From Clostridia bacterium (GTDB lineage Bacteria > Bacillota > Clostridia > UMGS1840), in NCBI GenBank assembly GCA_045541975.1, contig JAZQKB010000022.1:30616-94615 (forward strand): DNA of 64,000 bases, in the 5' to 3' direction. The notes beneath the pieces are model-generated. The model did no database searches and was not told the DNA's origin. It saw only the letters and a program-made list of their open reading frames with translations. Of this stretch, positions 39,642 to 49,560 are shown in pieces (the stretch's first letter is position 1; each line of letters starts with the position of its first letter). The position numbers and the translations under genes are program-made.

Positions 39642-41237
39642 ATGAATAAAATAATTAATGGTGAGCTGCTTGCCAACATGCTTCAGGCAGCAAAAATCCA
39701 TTTGTGTAACAACAAAGAAGAGCTGAATGCTTTAAATGTGTTTCCGGTGCCTGATGGTGATACCGGAACCAATATGTCTATGACTTTTACTTCTGCAGCC
39801 TCTGCGGCACACAGCCGAACCGAATCTGCAGGAAGTGTGTTAGACGGTGTTTCTATGTCTGCCCTGCGTGGTGCAAGAGGGAACTCCGGCGTTATTCTTT
39901 CTCAGATTTTACGAGGAATGTCTAAAGCGGCAAAAGGGAAAAGCGAGCTAGATGTAGCAGATATGGTTAACGCATTCCGTTTAGGCTCTAAAACTGCTTA
40001 CGAAGCAATTATGAAGCCCACAGAAGGCACCATTCTCACCGTTATCCGTATGACCGCAGAGCATTTAGAAGAAATTCAGGACGATATTACCGATCTGGAT
40101 ATGTTATTTACCGAAGCGGTAAAAGCCTCCTATGATGCTTTAGCTCAGACTCCAGAAATGCTTCCCAAACTGAAGCAGGCAGGGGTAGTGGACTCCGGTG
40201 GGAAAGGAATTTGCTATATCATCGAAGGTATGGCAAGCTACTATAAAACCGGTGAAATGCCCGAAGAATCTGTGACCGAAGTGGCAAAAACTGCAGAAGT
40301 GTTTACCGATAATCACGAAAATGTAAACTTCCAGTATTGCACCGAATTTATTATTCAGAATCCGGAACGCAAAAAAAATCAGTTAACGCAGCGTTATGAA
40401 TCCTTGGGGGATTCTATTGTTGTGGTTGCTATGGAAGATATCATTAAGGTGCATATTCATACCAACGATCCCGGTATCGTTATTTCCGAAGCATTGAAAA
40501 TCGGTAGCCTCATTGATATTAAAATTGACAATATGAAATATCAGAATGAGAATATTCAAAATTCCATTCCTCAGGAACGTCAGCCTTATGCTTTTGTTGC
40601 AGTGGCAGCAGGGGAAGGCTTTGCCAACATCTATAAAGAACTTGGCATTGAACACATCGTTTCCGGCGGACAGTCTATGAATCCTTCTTCCGACGATATT
40701 TTAAATGCAGCTAACCGCACCAATGCAGATGTGGTTTATGTGTTCCCCAACAATAAGAATATTATTTTGGCAGCAGAACAGGCAGCAGAACTGTATGACG
40801 GTCAGATGGTGGTAATCCCCACCAAAAATATGTCCGATGTTCTGCCTTGTATGGTAGGCTTTGATGAAACTCAGTCACCGGAAGACAATCTGGAACAGAT
40901 GAAGGAAATCATTGGTTCCTTAAAATCTGCACAGATTACCTATGCTGTCAGAGATTCCGTGTTCGATAATATCGAAATCAAAGAAGGCGAAATCATGGCA
41001 TTAAGCGGCAGCTCCATCTTAACCAAGGGCAAAGACCCCAATAAGGTATGTGCTTCCGTAATTGAAAAACTGTGTGATGACACTGTTTCTATGGTAACTG
41101 TGTATGCAGGCGCTGATGTCAACAGCGAAGAAATGGAAAGCTTAGAAAAAACCTTAACCAAAAAATATAAGGATATTGATTTCTCTTTCTATCGCGGTGA
41201 CCAACCCGTGTATTACTATTTTGTTTCTTTGGAATAA
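39642..41237 (+). CDS. DAK2-domain fatty acid kinase subunit (FakA/YloV)
   Basis: LNVFPVPDGDTGTNM, GARGNSGVILSQ, YCTEF and GGQSMNPS motifs. Confidence 0.93.
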   Translation: MNKIINGELLANMLQAAKIHLCNNKEELNALNVFPVPDGDTGTNMSMTFTSAASAAHSRTESAGSVLDGVSMSALRGARGNSGVILSQILRGMSKAAKGKSELDVADMVNAFRLGSKTAYEAIMKPTEGTILTVIRMTAEHLEEIQDDITDLDMLFTEAVKASYDALAQTPEMLPKLKQAGVVDSGGKGICYIIEGMASYYKTGEMPEESVTEVAKTAEVFTDNHENVNFQYCTEFIIQNPERKKNQLTQRYESLGDSIVVVAMEDIIKVHIHTNDPGIVISEALKIGSLIDIKIDNMKYQNENIQNSIPQERQPYAFVAVAAGEGFANIYKELGIEHIVSGGQSMNPSSDDILNAANRTNADVVYVFPNNKNIILAAEQAAELYDGQMVVIPTKNMSDVLPCMVGFDETQSPEDNLEQMKEIIGSLKSAQITYAVRDSVFDNIEIKEGEIMALSGSSILTKGKDPNKVCASVIEKLCDDTVSMVTVYAGADVNSEEMESLEKTLTKKYKDIDFSFYRGDQPVYYYFVSLE

Positions 41238-41336
41238 TTCGATATTATTTCCAAAGAAGATCACAAAGTATATTCAAAATCGAAACGTATTAAACAAGGA
41301 ATATCAAAAGAACCGAAAACTTTGAAGGTTAGAACG

Positions 41337-41374
41337 TTTGGAATCATTTGAAATCATTTGGAATCATTTGGAAT
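41337..41374 (+). repeat. 10-bp tandem repeat (GAATCATTTG, about 3.5 copies) before the recG RBS
   Basis: tttg GAATCATTTG AAATCATTTG GAATCATTTG gaat. Confidence 0.8.
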
Positions 41375-41385
41375 AAGAGGACAAT

Positions 41386-43434
41386 ATGAATCTGTTTTCA
41401 ACGCCCATTTCTAATATATCAGGAGTTTCCGATGCCAGGCTTGTGTATTTTCAAAAGCTTGGCATTTTTTCGGTTGCCGATATGCTTTATTATTTCCCGA
41501 AAACCTACGAAAACCGTATGAACCTAAAAAATGTGTGCGAGCTTCAGGAGGAAGAACTTGCCACGGTAACTGTTCGGGTATTGGATATTTCTACCCGCAG
41601 AGTTCGTCAGAATCTGACACTTCTTAAACTTCTTTGTGAGGATGACACGGGCGAACTGCACGTTACCTTTTTTAATCAGAAATACTTGGCAGGGAAACTG
41701 ACGGCAGGTACCACCGTTACCTTATCGGGGAAGGTGAGCCGTCGGATTGGCTATGTGGAAATGACGAATCCTGCTGTGCAAAAAGAAACTCCTGCCGGCA
41801 ATTTTTCCGAAAATTATATTCCCCGATATGCGCTCACCAAAGGACTTACCCAGGGTGTGATGCAAAAAATTGCCTACGAATGTCTGAAGGTTGCCAAAGA
41901 GCATCTTTTAGAAACCTTACCCATGGAAATCCGCAAAGAATACCATCTTTGTGAGCTTCTTTATGCATTGGAAAACATTCATTTTCCAAGAGGGGAAGAA
42001 GAGCTTCTGGCGGCAAGAAAACGTCTTGCCTTTGAAGAACTGTTTTATCTGATGTTAGGACTTGGCAAAATTAAATTACGGCAGAAAAAAGCCATTGGTC
42101 CTAAACTTGTAAACTATAAAATTGCAGAAGAATTTGCCCACAAACTGCCGTTCCCTTTGACCAACGCTCAAAAACGGGTTACCAGAGAAATCTGTGCTGA
42201 TTTTAAAGCAGGTCACCAGATGAACCGTCTGGTGCAGGGCGATGTTGGTAGCGGTAAGACCATGGTTGCTGCAATGGCAATGTTAATCTGCGCTCAAAGC
42301 GGTTATCAGGCAGTGCTGATGGCACCCACAGAAATCTTAGCCCGTCAGCATTACGAGGGATTAAAGCCGTATTTCGCAGAATTTGGAATTTCCGTAAAGC
42401 TTTTGGTTGCTTCTATGAAGAAAAAAGAGAAAGATGCTGTGATTTCAGGCCTGGCTTCGGGAGAAGTATCGTTGGTCATTGGTACCCATGCCTTGCTGTA
42501 TGATCATGTGCAGTTTTGTAAGCTTGGCTTAGTGATTACCGACGAACAGCATCGGTTCGGCGTGAAAGCACGGTCTGTGTTGACAGAAAAAGGAGAGAAC
42601 CCCCATTGTCTGGTTATGACGGCAACTCCCATTCCCAGAACATTAGCTTTGATTATTTACGGTGACCTGGATGTGTCCGTGATTGATGAATTGCCTCTTG
42701 GCAGAACTCCCGTTGTCACAAAAATTGCGGGAGAAAAGCAGAGAGAGCGTGTGTATCGGTTTGTGATAGAGGAGCTTCAAAAAGGTAACCAGGCATTTGT
42801 GGTTTGTCCTTTGATTGAAGAAAGTGAAACCATGGAATTAGAGGATGCCATCCGTTTGCAGGAAGAATTGCAAAAAACTTACCTGAAAGAATATCGGGTA
42901 GGACTCTTACACGGACGGATGAAGGCGGAAGAAAAAGACCGTGTCATGAATGATTTTCTGCAAGGTGAGATTCATGTGCTGGTTTCCACAACCGTGGTGG
43001 AGGTTGGCGTCAATGTGCCCAACGCTACCGTTATGGTGATAGAAAATGCAGAGCGGTTCGGTTTGGCGAGCTTGCATCAGCTACGGGGACGGGTAGGACG
43101 CAGTAATAAGCAATCCTATTGCTTCTTGAATCTGTCGGATGAAAAAGCAAGAAAACGGCTGGAAATTATGGGAAAAACCACCGACGGTTTCCAAATCAGC
43201 GAGTTCGACTTGAAAAACCGTGGACCCGGTGAGTTTTTTGGAACCCGTCAGCATGGGCTTCCGTCCACGCTGTTAAGCCGATTGACTTACACGATGGAAA
43301 CTGTTCGGCTTGCTAAAAAAGCATCCGAAGCTCTGTTGCAAACTGACCCCGATTTTCTGCTTCCCCAAAACAAACGGATTCTTTCTTCGGTCAACCGCAT
43401 GTTTTCCCAGCATAGCTATGTGAGTCAGTTGTAA
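41386..43434 (+). CDS. recG: ATP-dependent DNA helicase RecG
   Basis: QGDVGSGKT, DEQHRFG, MTATPIPRTL and QLRGRVGR motifs. Confidence 0.97.
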   Translation: MNLFSTPISNISGVSDARLVYFQKLGIFSVADMLYYFPKTYENRMNLKNVCELQEEELATVTVRVLDISTRRVRQNLTLLKLLCEDDTGELHVTFFNQKYLAGKLTAGTTVTLSGKVSRRIGYVEMTNPAVQKETPAGNFSENYIPRYALTKGLTQGVMQKIAYECLKVAKEHLLETLPMEIRKEYHLCELLYALENIHFPRGEEELLAARKRLAFEELFYLMLGLGKIKLRQKKAIGPKLVNYKIAEEFAHKLPFPLTNAQKRVTREICADFKAGHQMNRLVQGDVGSGKTMVAAMAMLICAQSGYQAVLMAPTEILARQHYEGLKPYFAEFGISVKLLVASMKKKEKDAVISGLASGEVSLVIGTHALLYDHVQFCKLGLVITDEQHRFGVKARSVLTEKGENPHCLVMTATPIPRTLALIIYGDLDVSVIDELPLGRTPVVTKIAGEKQRERVYRFVIEELQKGNQAFVVCPLIEESETMELEDAIRLQEELQKTYLKEYRVGLLHGRMKAEEKDRVMNDFLQGEIHVLVSTTVVEVGVNVPNATVMVIENAERFGLASLHQLRGRVGRSNKQSYCFLNLSDEKARKRLEIMGKTTDGFQISEFDLKNRGPGEFFGTRQHGLPSTLLSRLTYTMETVRLAKKASEALLQTDPDFLLPQNKRILSSVNRMFSQHSYVSQL

Positions 43435-43451
43435 AAAACCACGAAAAAAGA

Positions 43452-43480
43452 TTGACATTTCACTTGTTTTCATATACAAT
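43452..43480 (+). promoter_or_regulatory. sigmaA promoter of the GT-cysE fusion and cysS
   Basis: TTGACA-17-TACAAT. Confidence 0.8.
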
Positions 43481-43548
43481 TAATTAGATCAAGCTTACAA
43501 ATGTTTTTTTGGGATTATCTTCCCGTGATGATTTGAAAGGAGGGCCTT

Positions 43549-45606
43549 ATGATGAATTGTTTCCAAGAAAAAACAACAACGTGTTTTCGATTTTTATTTG
43601 TCTTGTTTGCTACCATGGCGTTCGTGGCTTCTTTTGTTGGATTGGTTGTTGGCAGCAATTTGTTTTACGGCGGTTCCTTTTGGTTGCTTCTTTGCTATCC
43701 CATTGTTTTTTTTATCTTAGGAAGCTTGCATTATCGCCTTGTAAAAAGGCAAAAACACAGTTTGCTGACAGGACTGTTCATTTGCGTTACATTTCGTTTA
43801 TTAGCGGTTACTGTCTTGCAACTGGAACCCTTTTCCGATTTTAAAATCTATCACGACAGCGCTAAACTTCTGGCAGAAGGGCAACCGCTTTTGGACCCGT
43901 ATATTTCTGCCTTTCCGCACATTGTAGGTTTTTCGGAATTGGTAAGCTGGTGTTACCGTTTATTCGGCGTCAATTTGTTTGCAGTGCAACTTGGAAATGT
44001 GGTGATAGAAGTTGCCACTGCCTTGATGCTGTATCTGTGCGCAAACAAACTGTTTTCTAAAAAAATTGCGGGAATGACGGTGTTTTTGTATGCCATTTCT
44101 CCTTCGTTTATTTTCTACACAGAATTTGTTGCTACCGAAATTGTTTTTACCTTTTTGTTATCCGTTCTGTTGTACTTAGCAATTCGATTCAGCGAAAAGG
44201 GAAGTACGGTTGTTGGCATTGTTTTTGGCATTCTGACTGCTGTGTTAAACTGTATCCGTCCTTGCGGTGCCGTGGTGCTGTTGGCATTTGGCCTTTATAC
44301 CGTTTTTGCATTGATGCCCAAAAAACGATTCCTTTCTCTGATTCTTGCAATTCTTTGCTATTCCGGCTGTAATGTAATGCTGCATCAGGGTTTGGAACAG
44401 TTAAACGGTCAGCCGATTGCAAATCGACCGATCGGTTATAATCTTTATATCGGATCCAATGCGGAAGAACTGGGCAGATGGAATCCTAAAGATGATCTTT
44501 ACGCCAAAGAACTGATGAGCAATTCTTCTTTGTCGCCTGATGAAGTGCATAACCGTTTGCAGACAGAAGGAATCCAAAGATATCTGTCAAACGGCTTTTT
44601 ATCCAACTGTAAATTGGGCTGTTTAAAATTTGGATTAACCTGGGGTAGCGAAATGCTCCCCACAGTATATATGCGGCAAAGTTCCAGCTACGCCTTTTGG
44701 GACAGCATCTTCCAGTTTGGTAATCTTGCCAATGCATTTCATCTGATACTGATGCTGGGAGCCTTGGTAGGAGCTGTAAAACTACGTCGAGAAAAACGCT
44801 CCGGTGCTGTGATATGGATTTGTATTTTTGTGCTTGGAATCGCAGCTCAGCATCTTCTGGCGGAAGCACAAGAACGCTACTCCTATGGGGCACTTGCCAT
44901 GCTGATGCCTATTGCAGCTTTTGGCTTATGCCGAAGTTATGATGCCGTCCACAATGTGTTTTCCCGACTGCGGGAAGATATCAATGCGGTGATGGAAAAA
45001 GACCCTGCAGCAAAGAATAAATTAGAAGTATTCTTGCTATCTCCGGGGATTCATGCCTTGTTCTGGCACCGTGGAGCACATCGACTCTATCAGAAGAAAC
45101 ACTTCTTTTTAGCACGGTGTCTCTCTCAGGTAACCCGTTTCTTTACTGGTGTGGAAATTCACCCGGGTGCCAAAATTGGTCGCGGTGTGATGATTGACCA
45201 CGGTATGGGGGTTGTCATCGGAGAGACTGCCGAAGTGGGTGATGGTTGCACCATCTATCAGAATGTTACCTTAGGCGGTACCGGAAAAGACACGGGAAAA
45301 CGTCATCCTACCATTGGTAAAAACGTCATGATCGGCAGTGGTGCCAAGGTGCTTGGTCCCTTTACTGTTGGGGATAATTCTAAAATTGCGGCAAATGCTG
45401 TGGTGCTGCGGGAAGTTCCTGAAAACAGCACTTGTGTGGGTGTTCCTGCCCGTGTAGTGATTCGCAATAATGTGAAAGTTTCCGGAGCAGACTGGCAGAC
45501 CGACCAGACTCATATTCCCGACCCCTTGTCTCAGGAATTATGCAGAATGCTTGCCCGTATTGAGCAGTTAGAGGCAGCACAGACGAAGAAAGGAGAATCA
45601 GAATGA
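43549..45606 (+). CDS. cysE: Fusion protein: GT-C/ArnT(PMT_2)-like polytopic glycosyltransferase plus C-terminal serine O-acetyltransferase CysE
   Basis: About 465 aa with multiple TM helices (SDF..YH..A, TE..F, RP, QERY), continuing in frame into [18 protein letters not shown]...[11 protein letters not shown]...[13 protein letters not shown]...KRHPT. Confidence 0.8.
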   Translation: MMNCFQEKTTTCFRFLFVLFATMAFVASFVGLVVGSNLFYGGSFWLLLCYPIVFFILGSLHYRLVKRQKHSLLTGLFICVTFRLLAVTVLQLEPFSDFKIYHDSAKLLAEGQPLLDPYISAFPHIVGFSELVSWCYRLFGVNLFAVQLGNVVIEVATALMLYLCANKLFSKKIAGMTVFLYAISPSFIFYTEFVATEIVFTFLLSVLLYLAIRFSEKGSTVVGIVFGILTAVLNCIRPCGAVVLLAFGLYTVFALMPKKRFLSLILAILCYSGCNVMLHQGLEQLNGQPIANRPIGYNLYIGSNAEELGRWNPKDDLYAKELMSNSSLSPDEVHNRLQTEGIQRYLSNGFLSNCKLGCLKFGLTWGSEMLPTVYMRQSSSYAFWDSIFQFGNLANAFHLILMLGALVGAVKLRREKRSGAVIWICIFVLGIAAQHLLAEAQERYSYGALAMLMPIAAFGLCRSYDAVHNVFSRLREDINAVMEKDPAAKNKLEVFLLSPGIHALFWHRGAHRLYQKKHFFLARCLSQVTRFFTGVEIHPGAKIGRGVMIDHGMGVVIGETAEVGDGCTIYQNVTLGGTGKDTGKRHPTIGKNVMIGSGAKVLGPFTVGDNSKIAANAVVLREVPENSTCVGVPARVVIRNNVKVSGADWQTDQTHIPDPLSQELCRMLARIEQLEAAQTKKGESE

Positions 45607-46997
45607 AGATTTTTAATACCTTAACCATGCAAAAAGAGGATTTTAAGCCTTTAGAAGAAAATAAAGTAAAAATTTATGCTTGCGGTCCTACCGTGTATAA
45701 CTATTTTCATTTGGGAAATGCCCGTCCCTTTATCATTTTTGACACCTTAAGAAGATATTTTGAATATCGTGGCTACGAAGTAAAATTCGTACAGAACTTT
45801 ACCGATATTGACGACAAAATGATTAAGCGTGCCAACGAAGAAGGTATCACCGTAAGAGAGCTGGCAGACCGTTTTATCAAAGAATATTACACAGATGCCC
45901 AAGGCCTCGGCGTTAAGGAAGCAGATGTGCATCCCAGAGCAACCGATGTTATTCCGCAGATTATCAAAATGTGTGAAACTTTGATTGAAAAAGGCTATGC
46001 CTACGAGAAAAACGGCGATGTTTATTTTGAAACCAAAAAGTTTAAACCCTACGGCAAGCTGTCTCATCAACCGTTGGAAGATTTAGAAGCAGGGGCCAGA
46101 ATCAACGTGAACGAAGATAAAAAAGACCCTATGGACTTTGCCATCTGGAAGGCAAAAAAAGAAGGAGAACCCTCCTGGACTTCTCCCTGGGGCGAAGGCC
46201 GTCCCGGTTGGCATATCGAATGTAGCGCCATGGTAAATGAATATCTGGGAAAAACCATTGATATTCACTGTGGCGGTAAGGATTTATCCTTCCCGCACCA
46301 TGAAAATGAAATTGCGCAAAGCGAAGCGGCAAACGGCGTTCCTTTTGCCAACTACTGGATGCATAATGGCTACATCAACATTGATAACAGAAAAATGTCT
46401 AAATCCTTGGGCAATTTTTTCACCGTGCGTGATTTAGCAGAAAAATTCCCTTATGATGTACTCCGCTTCTTTATGCTTTCTGCTCATTACAGAAGTCCCA
46501 TCAACTTCTCCGATGAATTGTTGGAGCAGGCAAAAACCGGTTTAGGAAGAATTTTGACCTGTATGAACAATCTGGAGTTCTTGTCTGATAAAGTGGCAGA
46601 TACTCCGGTAAGCGGGGAAGAACAGGCAAGCTTAGATGCCTTCCGTGATAAATTCATCGCCGCAATGGATGACGATTTAAACACCGCAGAAGCCATCGGT
46701 ATCATTTTTGAACTGGTAAGAGAAATTAATACTAAAACCAAAGAACATGCAACCCGTGGTTATGTGGATGCGGCCAAAGCACTTCTTTTAGAATTAACCG
46801 GAGTGTTAAACATTGCAAGAGCAGAGGAATCATCTGATGTGGATGTGGCACTGATTGAGGAAAAAATTGCAGAACGCACCGCCGCTAAAAAGGAAAAGAA
46901 TTTTCAGCGTGCAGACGAAATCCGTGCAGAGCTTCTTTCGATGGGAATTGTGATTGAAGATACCCGCGAAGGGGTAAAATGGCATAAAGCTGATTAG
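45603..46997 (+). CDS. cysS: Cysteine--tRNA ligase
   Basis: [20 protein letters not shown] and KMSKS motifs. Confidence 0.98.
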   Translation: MKIFNTLTMQKEDFKPLEENKVKIYACGPTVYNYFHLGNARPFIIFDTLRRYFEYRGYEVKFVQNFTDIDDKMIKRANEEGITVRELADRFIKEYYTDAQGLGVKEADVHPRATDVIPQIIKMCETLIEKGYAYEKNGDVYFETKKFKPYGKLSHQPLEDLEAGARINVNEDKKDPMDFAIWKAKKEGEPSWTSPWGEGRPGWHIECSAMVNEYLGKTIDIHCGGKDLSFPHHENEIAQSEAANGVPFANYWMHNGYINIDNRKMSKSLGNFFTVRDLAEKFPYDVLRFFMLSAHYRSPINFSDELLEQAKTGLGRILTCMNNLEFLSDKVADTPVSGEEQASLDAFRDKFIAAMDDDLNTAEAIGIIFELVREINTKTKEHATRGYVDAAKALLLELTGVLNIARAEESSDVDVALIEEKIAERTAAKKEKNFQRADEIRAELLSMGIVIEDTREGVKWHKAD

Positions 46998-47043
46998 TTT
47001 TCTTTTGATTTTTCCAAAAAATGAAAGAATTTCCTAAAAACAC

Positions 47044-47072
47044 TTGAAAATAAAAAGAGAATAGTGTATAAT
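47044..47072 (+). promoter_or_regulatory. sigmaA promoter of yajC
   Basis: TTGAAA-17-TATAAT. Confidence 0.75.
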
Positions 47073-47117
47073 AATATGCGAAAATCAAAACGAATACTTG
47101 AAAGTAGGTGAACCCAA

Positions 47118-47417
47118 ATGAATCCTGAAGTAATGGCAACTCTCGGTTCTTTCCTGCCGCTGATTCTGATGCTGGTATTCTTCTATCTGTTAATCATGCT
47201 GCCTGAAAAGAAAAGAAAGAAAAAATTCAATGAAATGCTCGCCGCTATGGAAAAAGGTGATGAAGTGATCACCATCGGCGGTATTGAAGGTAAAATTATT
47301 CAGTTAAAAGATACCACCGTTGTGTTAGAAACCGGCAAAAGTGATGCAGACGGTAAAACTACTATTTGCCTGCATAAATGGGCAATCAAAGAAGTTAAAC
47401 AGAAAGAAAAAGCATAG
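47118..47417 (+). CDS. yajC: Preprotein translocase subunit YajC
   Basis: FY.LI..P.KKR and GDEVITIGGI.G motifs. Confidence 0.93.
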   Translation: MNPEVMATLGSFLPLILMLVFFYLLIMLPEKKRKKKFNEMLAAMEKGDEVITIGGIEGKIIQLKDTTVVLETGKSDADGKTTICLHKWAIKEVKQKEKA

Positions 47418-47472
47418 TTTCTTGTGTTCACTCATATGATGTGGTAACAAAATCATAAGGAGTGACGAGAAA
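47412..47472 (+). promoter_or_regulatory. sigmaE promoter inside an RBS-sequestering hairpin
   Basis: GCATA-16-CATATGAT. TTTCTTG..TCACTC.TATGAT pairs with ATCATA..GAGTGA.CGAGAAA, which contains the RBS AAGGAGTGA. Confidence 0.7.
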
Positions 47473-47861
47473 TGAACGGTTCCGAAAGAGAAGGTGTTTT
47501 TTCCGTGAGTGAACGGGTGATTGGCGCAGCTATCAAAGGTTGGCTGTTTTTAGTCCTGGCAGTAGCGTTTTGTGCGCTAATCTTTCATATCTTTTCTCTA
47601 CCTACCGGCTGGATGCCCTGGGTAGTCGGAATCCTTACATACTTAGCAGCCTTTTTTACCGGTTGCAACAGTGCCAAACAGGCGCAAAAGCAGGGGATTG
47701 TGAAAGGCTTTTGGGCAGGAGTGCTCTTTGTGTTAGTCTATTTGCTTGTGCAGATACTCACCAAAAGTCCTCTTCGCCTTCTAAACAGTTTGATTCTTTT
47801 GATTTTGTCTATGATTGGCGGAATCTTCGGAATTAATAAGAAAACAAAACGCAGAAGATAA
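47472..47861 (+). CDS. TIGR04086-family membrane protein
   Basis: Four TM helices with G...G..AG and GGIFGIN motifs; canonical position between yajC and SCIFF. Confidence 0.8.
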   Translation: MNGSEREGVFSVSERVIGAAIKGWLFLVLAVAFCALIFHIFSLPTGWMPWVVGILTYLAAFFTGCNSAKQAQKQGIVKGFWAGVLFVLVYLLVQILTKSPLRLLNSLILLILSMIGGIFGINKKTKRRR

Positions 47862-47878
47862 GAAAGGAATTAACCATT

Positions 47879-48019
47879 ATGAAACAGATTAAAACCTTAA
47901 CCACCAAAAATCTGGCTGAAAACTTAGCAAAAAAAGGTTGTGGCGAATGCCAGACTTCTTGCCAGTCTGCTTGCAAAACTTCTTGCACCGTTGCAAATCA
48001 GAAGTGCGAACAGAAATAA
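47879..48019 (+). CDS. scfA: Six-cysteine ranthipeptide precursor SCIFF (46 aa; missed by the ORF track)
   Basis: MKQIKTLTTKNLAENLAKKGCGECQTSCQSACKTSCTVANQKCEQK; RBS AAAGGA. Confidence 0.95.
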   Translation: MKQIKTLTTKNLAENLAKKGCGECQTSCQSACKTSCTVANQKCEQK

Positions 48020-48032
48020 GTTTGTTTGAATG

Positions 48033-48061
48033 AAAAAAGACGGGTTTTCCCGTCTTTTTTT
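48033..48061 (+). terminator. Intrinsic terminator after scfA
   Basis: AAAAAAGACGGG-tttt-CCCGTCTTTTTT. Confidence 0.88.
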
Positions 48062-48077
48062 GTAGGAAGTGGTGCCT

Positions 48078-48125
48078 ATGACAAAAGAAATGACAAAAGA
48101 AATGGCAAAAGAAATGACAAAAGAA
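48078..48125 (+). repeat. 12-bp in-frame tandem repeat ATG(A/G)CAAAAGAA x4 (MTKE/MAKE)
   Basis: atgacaaaagaa atgacaaaagaa atggcaaaagaa atgacaaaagaa. Confidence 0.9.
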
Positions 48126-48659
48126 GAACTGCGAAAGAATTTACGAGAACAGCGAAATGCTCTTTTGGATAAAACGAAAAAATCTCAGTTAATTATGAAA
48201 AACATCATATCTTCTCCCGTTTTTCAAAAATCATCAGTTGTGATGCTTTACCGAAGTGCAAAAGGAGAAGTACAAACCGATGAGCTTTGGCAGATTTGTA
48301 AAGAACAGGGGAAAACCTGCGTGTTTCCTAAATGCGTTTCCAAAACGGAAATGATTGCCGTGTTAGCAGAAAACGAAGGAGATTTTTCTGCTTCCAAATT
48401 CGGCATTTTGGAGCCGAACTCCGACGAGGTATTCCCAAAAGAACAAATTGATCTGATCATTGTGCCGGCAATTGCTTTTGATCAACAAAATTACCGTATG
48501 GGATACGGTGGCGGTTACTATGACCGTTATCTTGCCGATTATAACGGAGATACCGTTGGATTGTGTTTTACCCAATTGCTGGTGGAGTCTGTTCTGCCAA
48601 ATGAATGGGATATTCCGGTCTCTTTGGTGGTTACGGAACAAGGCTTTTCGGCAAAATAA
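48078..48659 (+). CDS. 5-formyltetrahydrofolate cyclo-ligase
   Basis: K.ELRK, FGILEP, VPAIAFD and RMGYGGGYYDRYL motifs. Confidence 0.92.
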   Translation: MTKEMTKEMAKEMTKEELRKNLREQRNALLDKTKKSQLIMKNIISSPVFQKSSVVMLYRSAKGEVQTDELWQICKEQGKTCVFPKCVSKTEMIAVLAENEGDFSASKFGILEPNSDEVFPKEQIDLIIVPAIAFDQQNYRMGYGGGYYDRYLADYNGDTVGLCFTQLLVESVLPNEWDIPVSLVVTEQGFSAK

Positions 48660-48739
48660 AAAACAAAACAACAAAAAAATCAAAAAGTATTGAATTTTTT
48701 ACTTCGTTCTTGTATAATAAAAGAAAGGAGTTGATATCC

Positions 48740-49300
48740 ATGGACAAAGCTTATGAAATGACGATTGCAGGGGTAAAACGGCAGTTGCCTCTGTGTCCTA
48801 TTGGCGAAAATTTATATATTGGTGCATTTATTATGTTTGGTGATGTGGAATTGACCGAAAAGTGTGCCGAAGCCTTGTTAAAAAAAGCACCCGAACATGA
48901 TGTGTTGGTCACTGCGGAAGCAAAAGGCATCCCGCTGATTTGTGAAATGGCACGTCAGGAGGGGGTAAATCATTATGTGGTTGCCAGAAAAGGCCCCAAG
49001 CTTTATATGAAGAATCTGATTTCTACCGATGTGGATTCCATCACCACTGCAAAAACTCAGACCTTATGTATTGGCGAGCGGGAAACCGAAATGCTTCGTG
49101 GCAAACGGGTGTTGATTGTGGATGATGTAATCAGCACCGGCGAATCTCTCAGAGCATTGGAAAAACTGGTGAATTTAGCAGGCGGAAACATCGTTGGAAA
49201 AATGGCGGTGTTGGCAGAAGGAGACGCCATTGGAAAAGATGGCTTTATTTACTTAGAACCTCTTCCGCTCTTTGACGGAGAAGGAAACCCCATCAAATAA
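48740..49300 (+). CDS. Adenine/purine phosphoribosyltransferase
   Basis: TAEAKGIP and VLIVDDVISTG PRPP motifs. ATG 48740 follows AAGGAG; promoter TTGAAT-17-TATAAT at 48690-48718. Confidence 0.88.
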   Translation: MDKAYEMTIAGVKRQLPLCPIGENLYIGAFIMFGDVELTEKCAEALLKKAPEHDVLVTAEAKGIPLICEMARQEGVNHYVVARKGPKLYMKNLISTDVDSITTAKTQTLCIGERETEMLRGKRVLIVDDVISTGESLRALEKLVNLAGGNIVGKMAVLAEGDAIGKDGFIYLEPLPLFDGEGNPIK

Positions 49301-49302
49301 AA

Positions 49303-49335
49303 AAGAAAACTGTTGCGAAAGCAACAGTTTTTTTA
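49303..49335. terminator. Bidirectional intrinsic terminator
   Basis: AAAACTGTTGC-gaaa-GCAACAGTTTTTTT. Confidence 0.85.
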
Positions 49336-49452
49336 TGCCTTGTTTTCCCGTTCCTGCTCTGATTCTTCCTCTTTTAACAGAAGATAAGCATCAATCCTGC
49401 CGGTTTTTAAAAATAATTCCCAGAAAAAATTTTCGTTATTTTCATTTGTCAT
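49333..49452 (-). CDS. YqzL-like small protein (39 aa; missed by the ORF track)
   Basis: MTNENNENFFWELFLKTGRIDAYLLLKEEESEQERENKA carries the W..F..TG.I..YLL.KE motif. RBS AAGGAG; sigmaF-like TTATA-15-GGAAAGAAT upstream. Confidence 0.8.
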   Translation of the reverse strand: MTNENNENFFWELFLKTGRIDAYLLLKEEESEQERENKA

Positions 49453-49560
49453 ATCTTCCGTCTCCTTTTTTGATTGTTGCTAATATTCTTTCCTTGCTTC
49501 ATTCTTTTTATAACAAATCTTAGTATTTGGCATATCTTGTAAGTGAAAGGGGGCGAAACC

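Noticed and set aside
41337-41374. Possible CRISPR array
   Set aside because: The units are 10 bp and contiguous with no spacers, and there are no cas genes in the window.
43481-43548. T-box leader expected before cysE-cysS
   Set aside because: The leader is under 70 nt and has no T-box motif or terminator/antiterminator.
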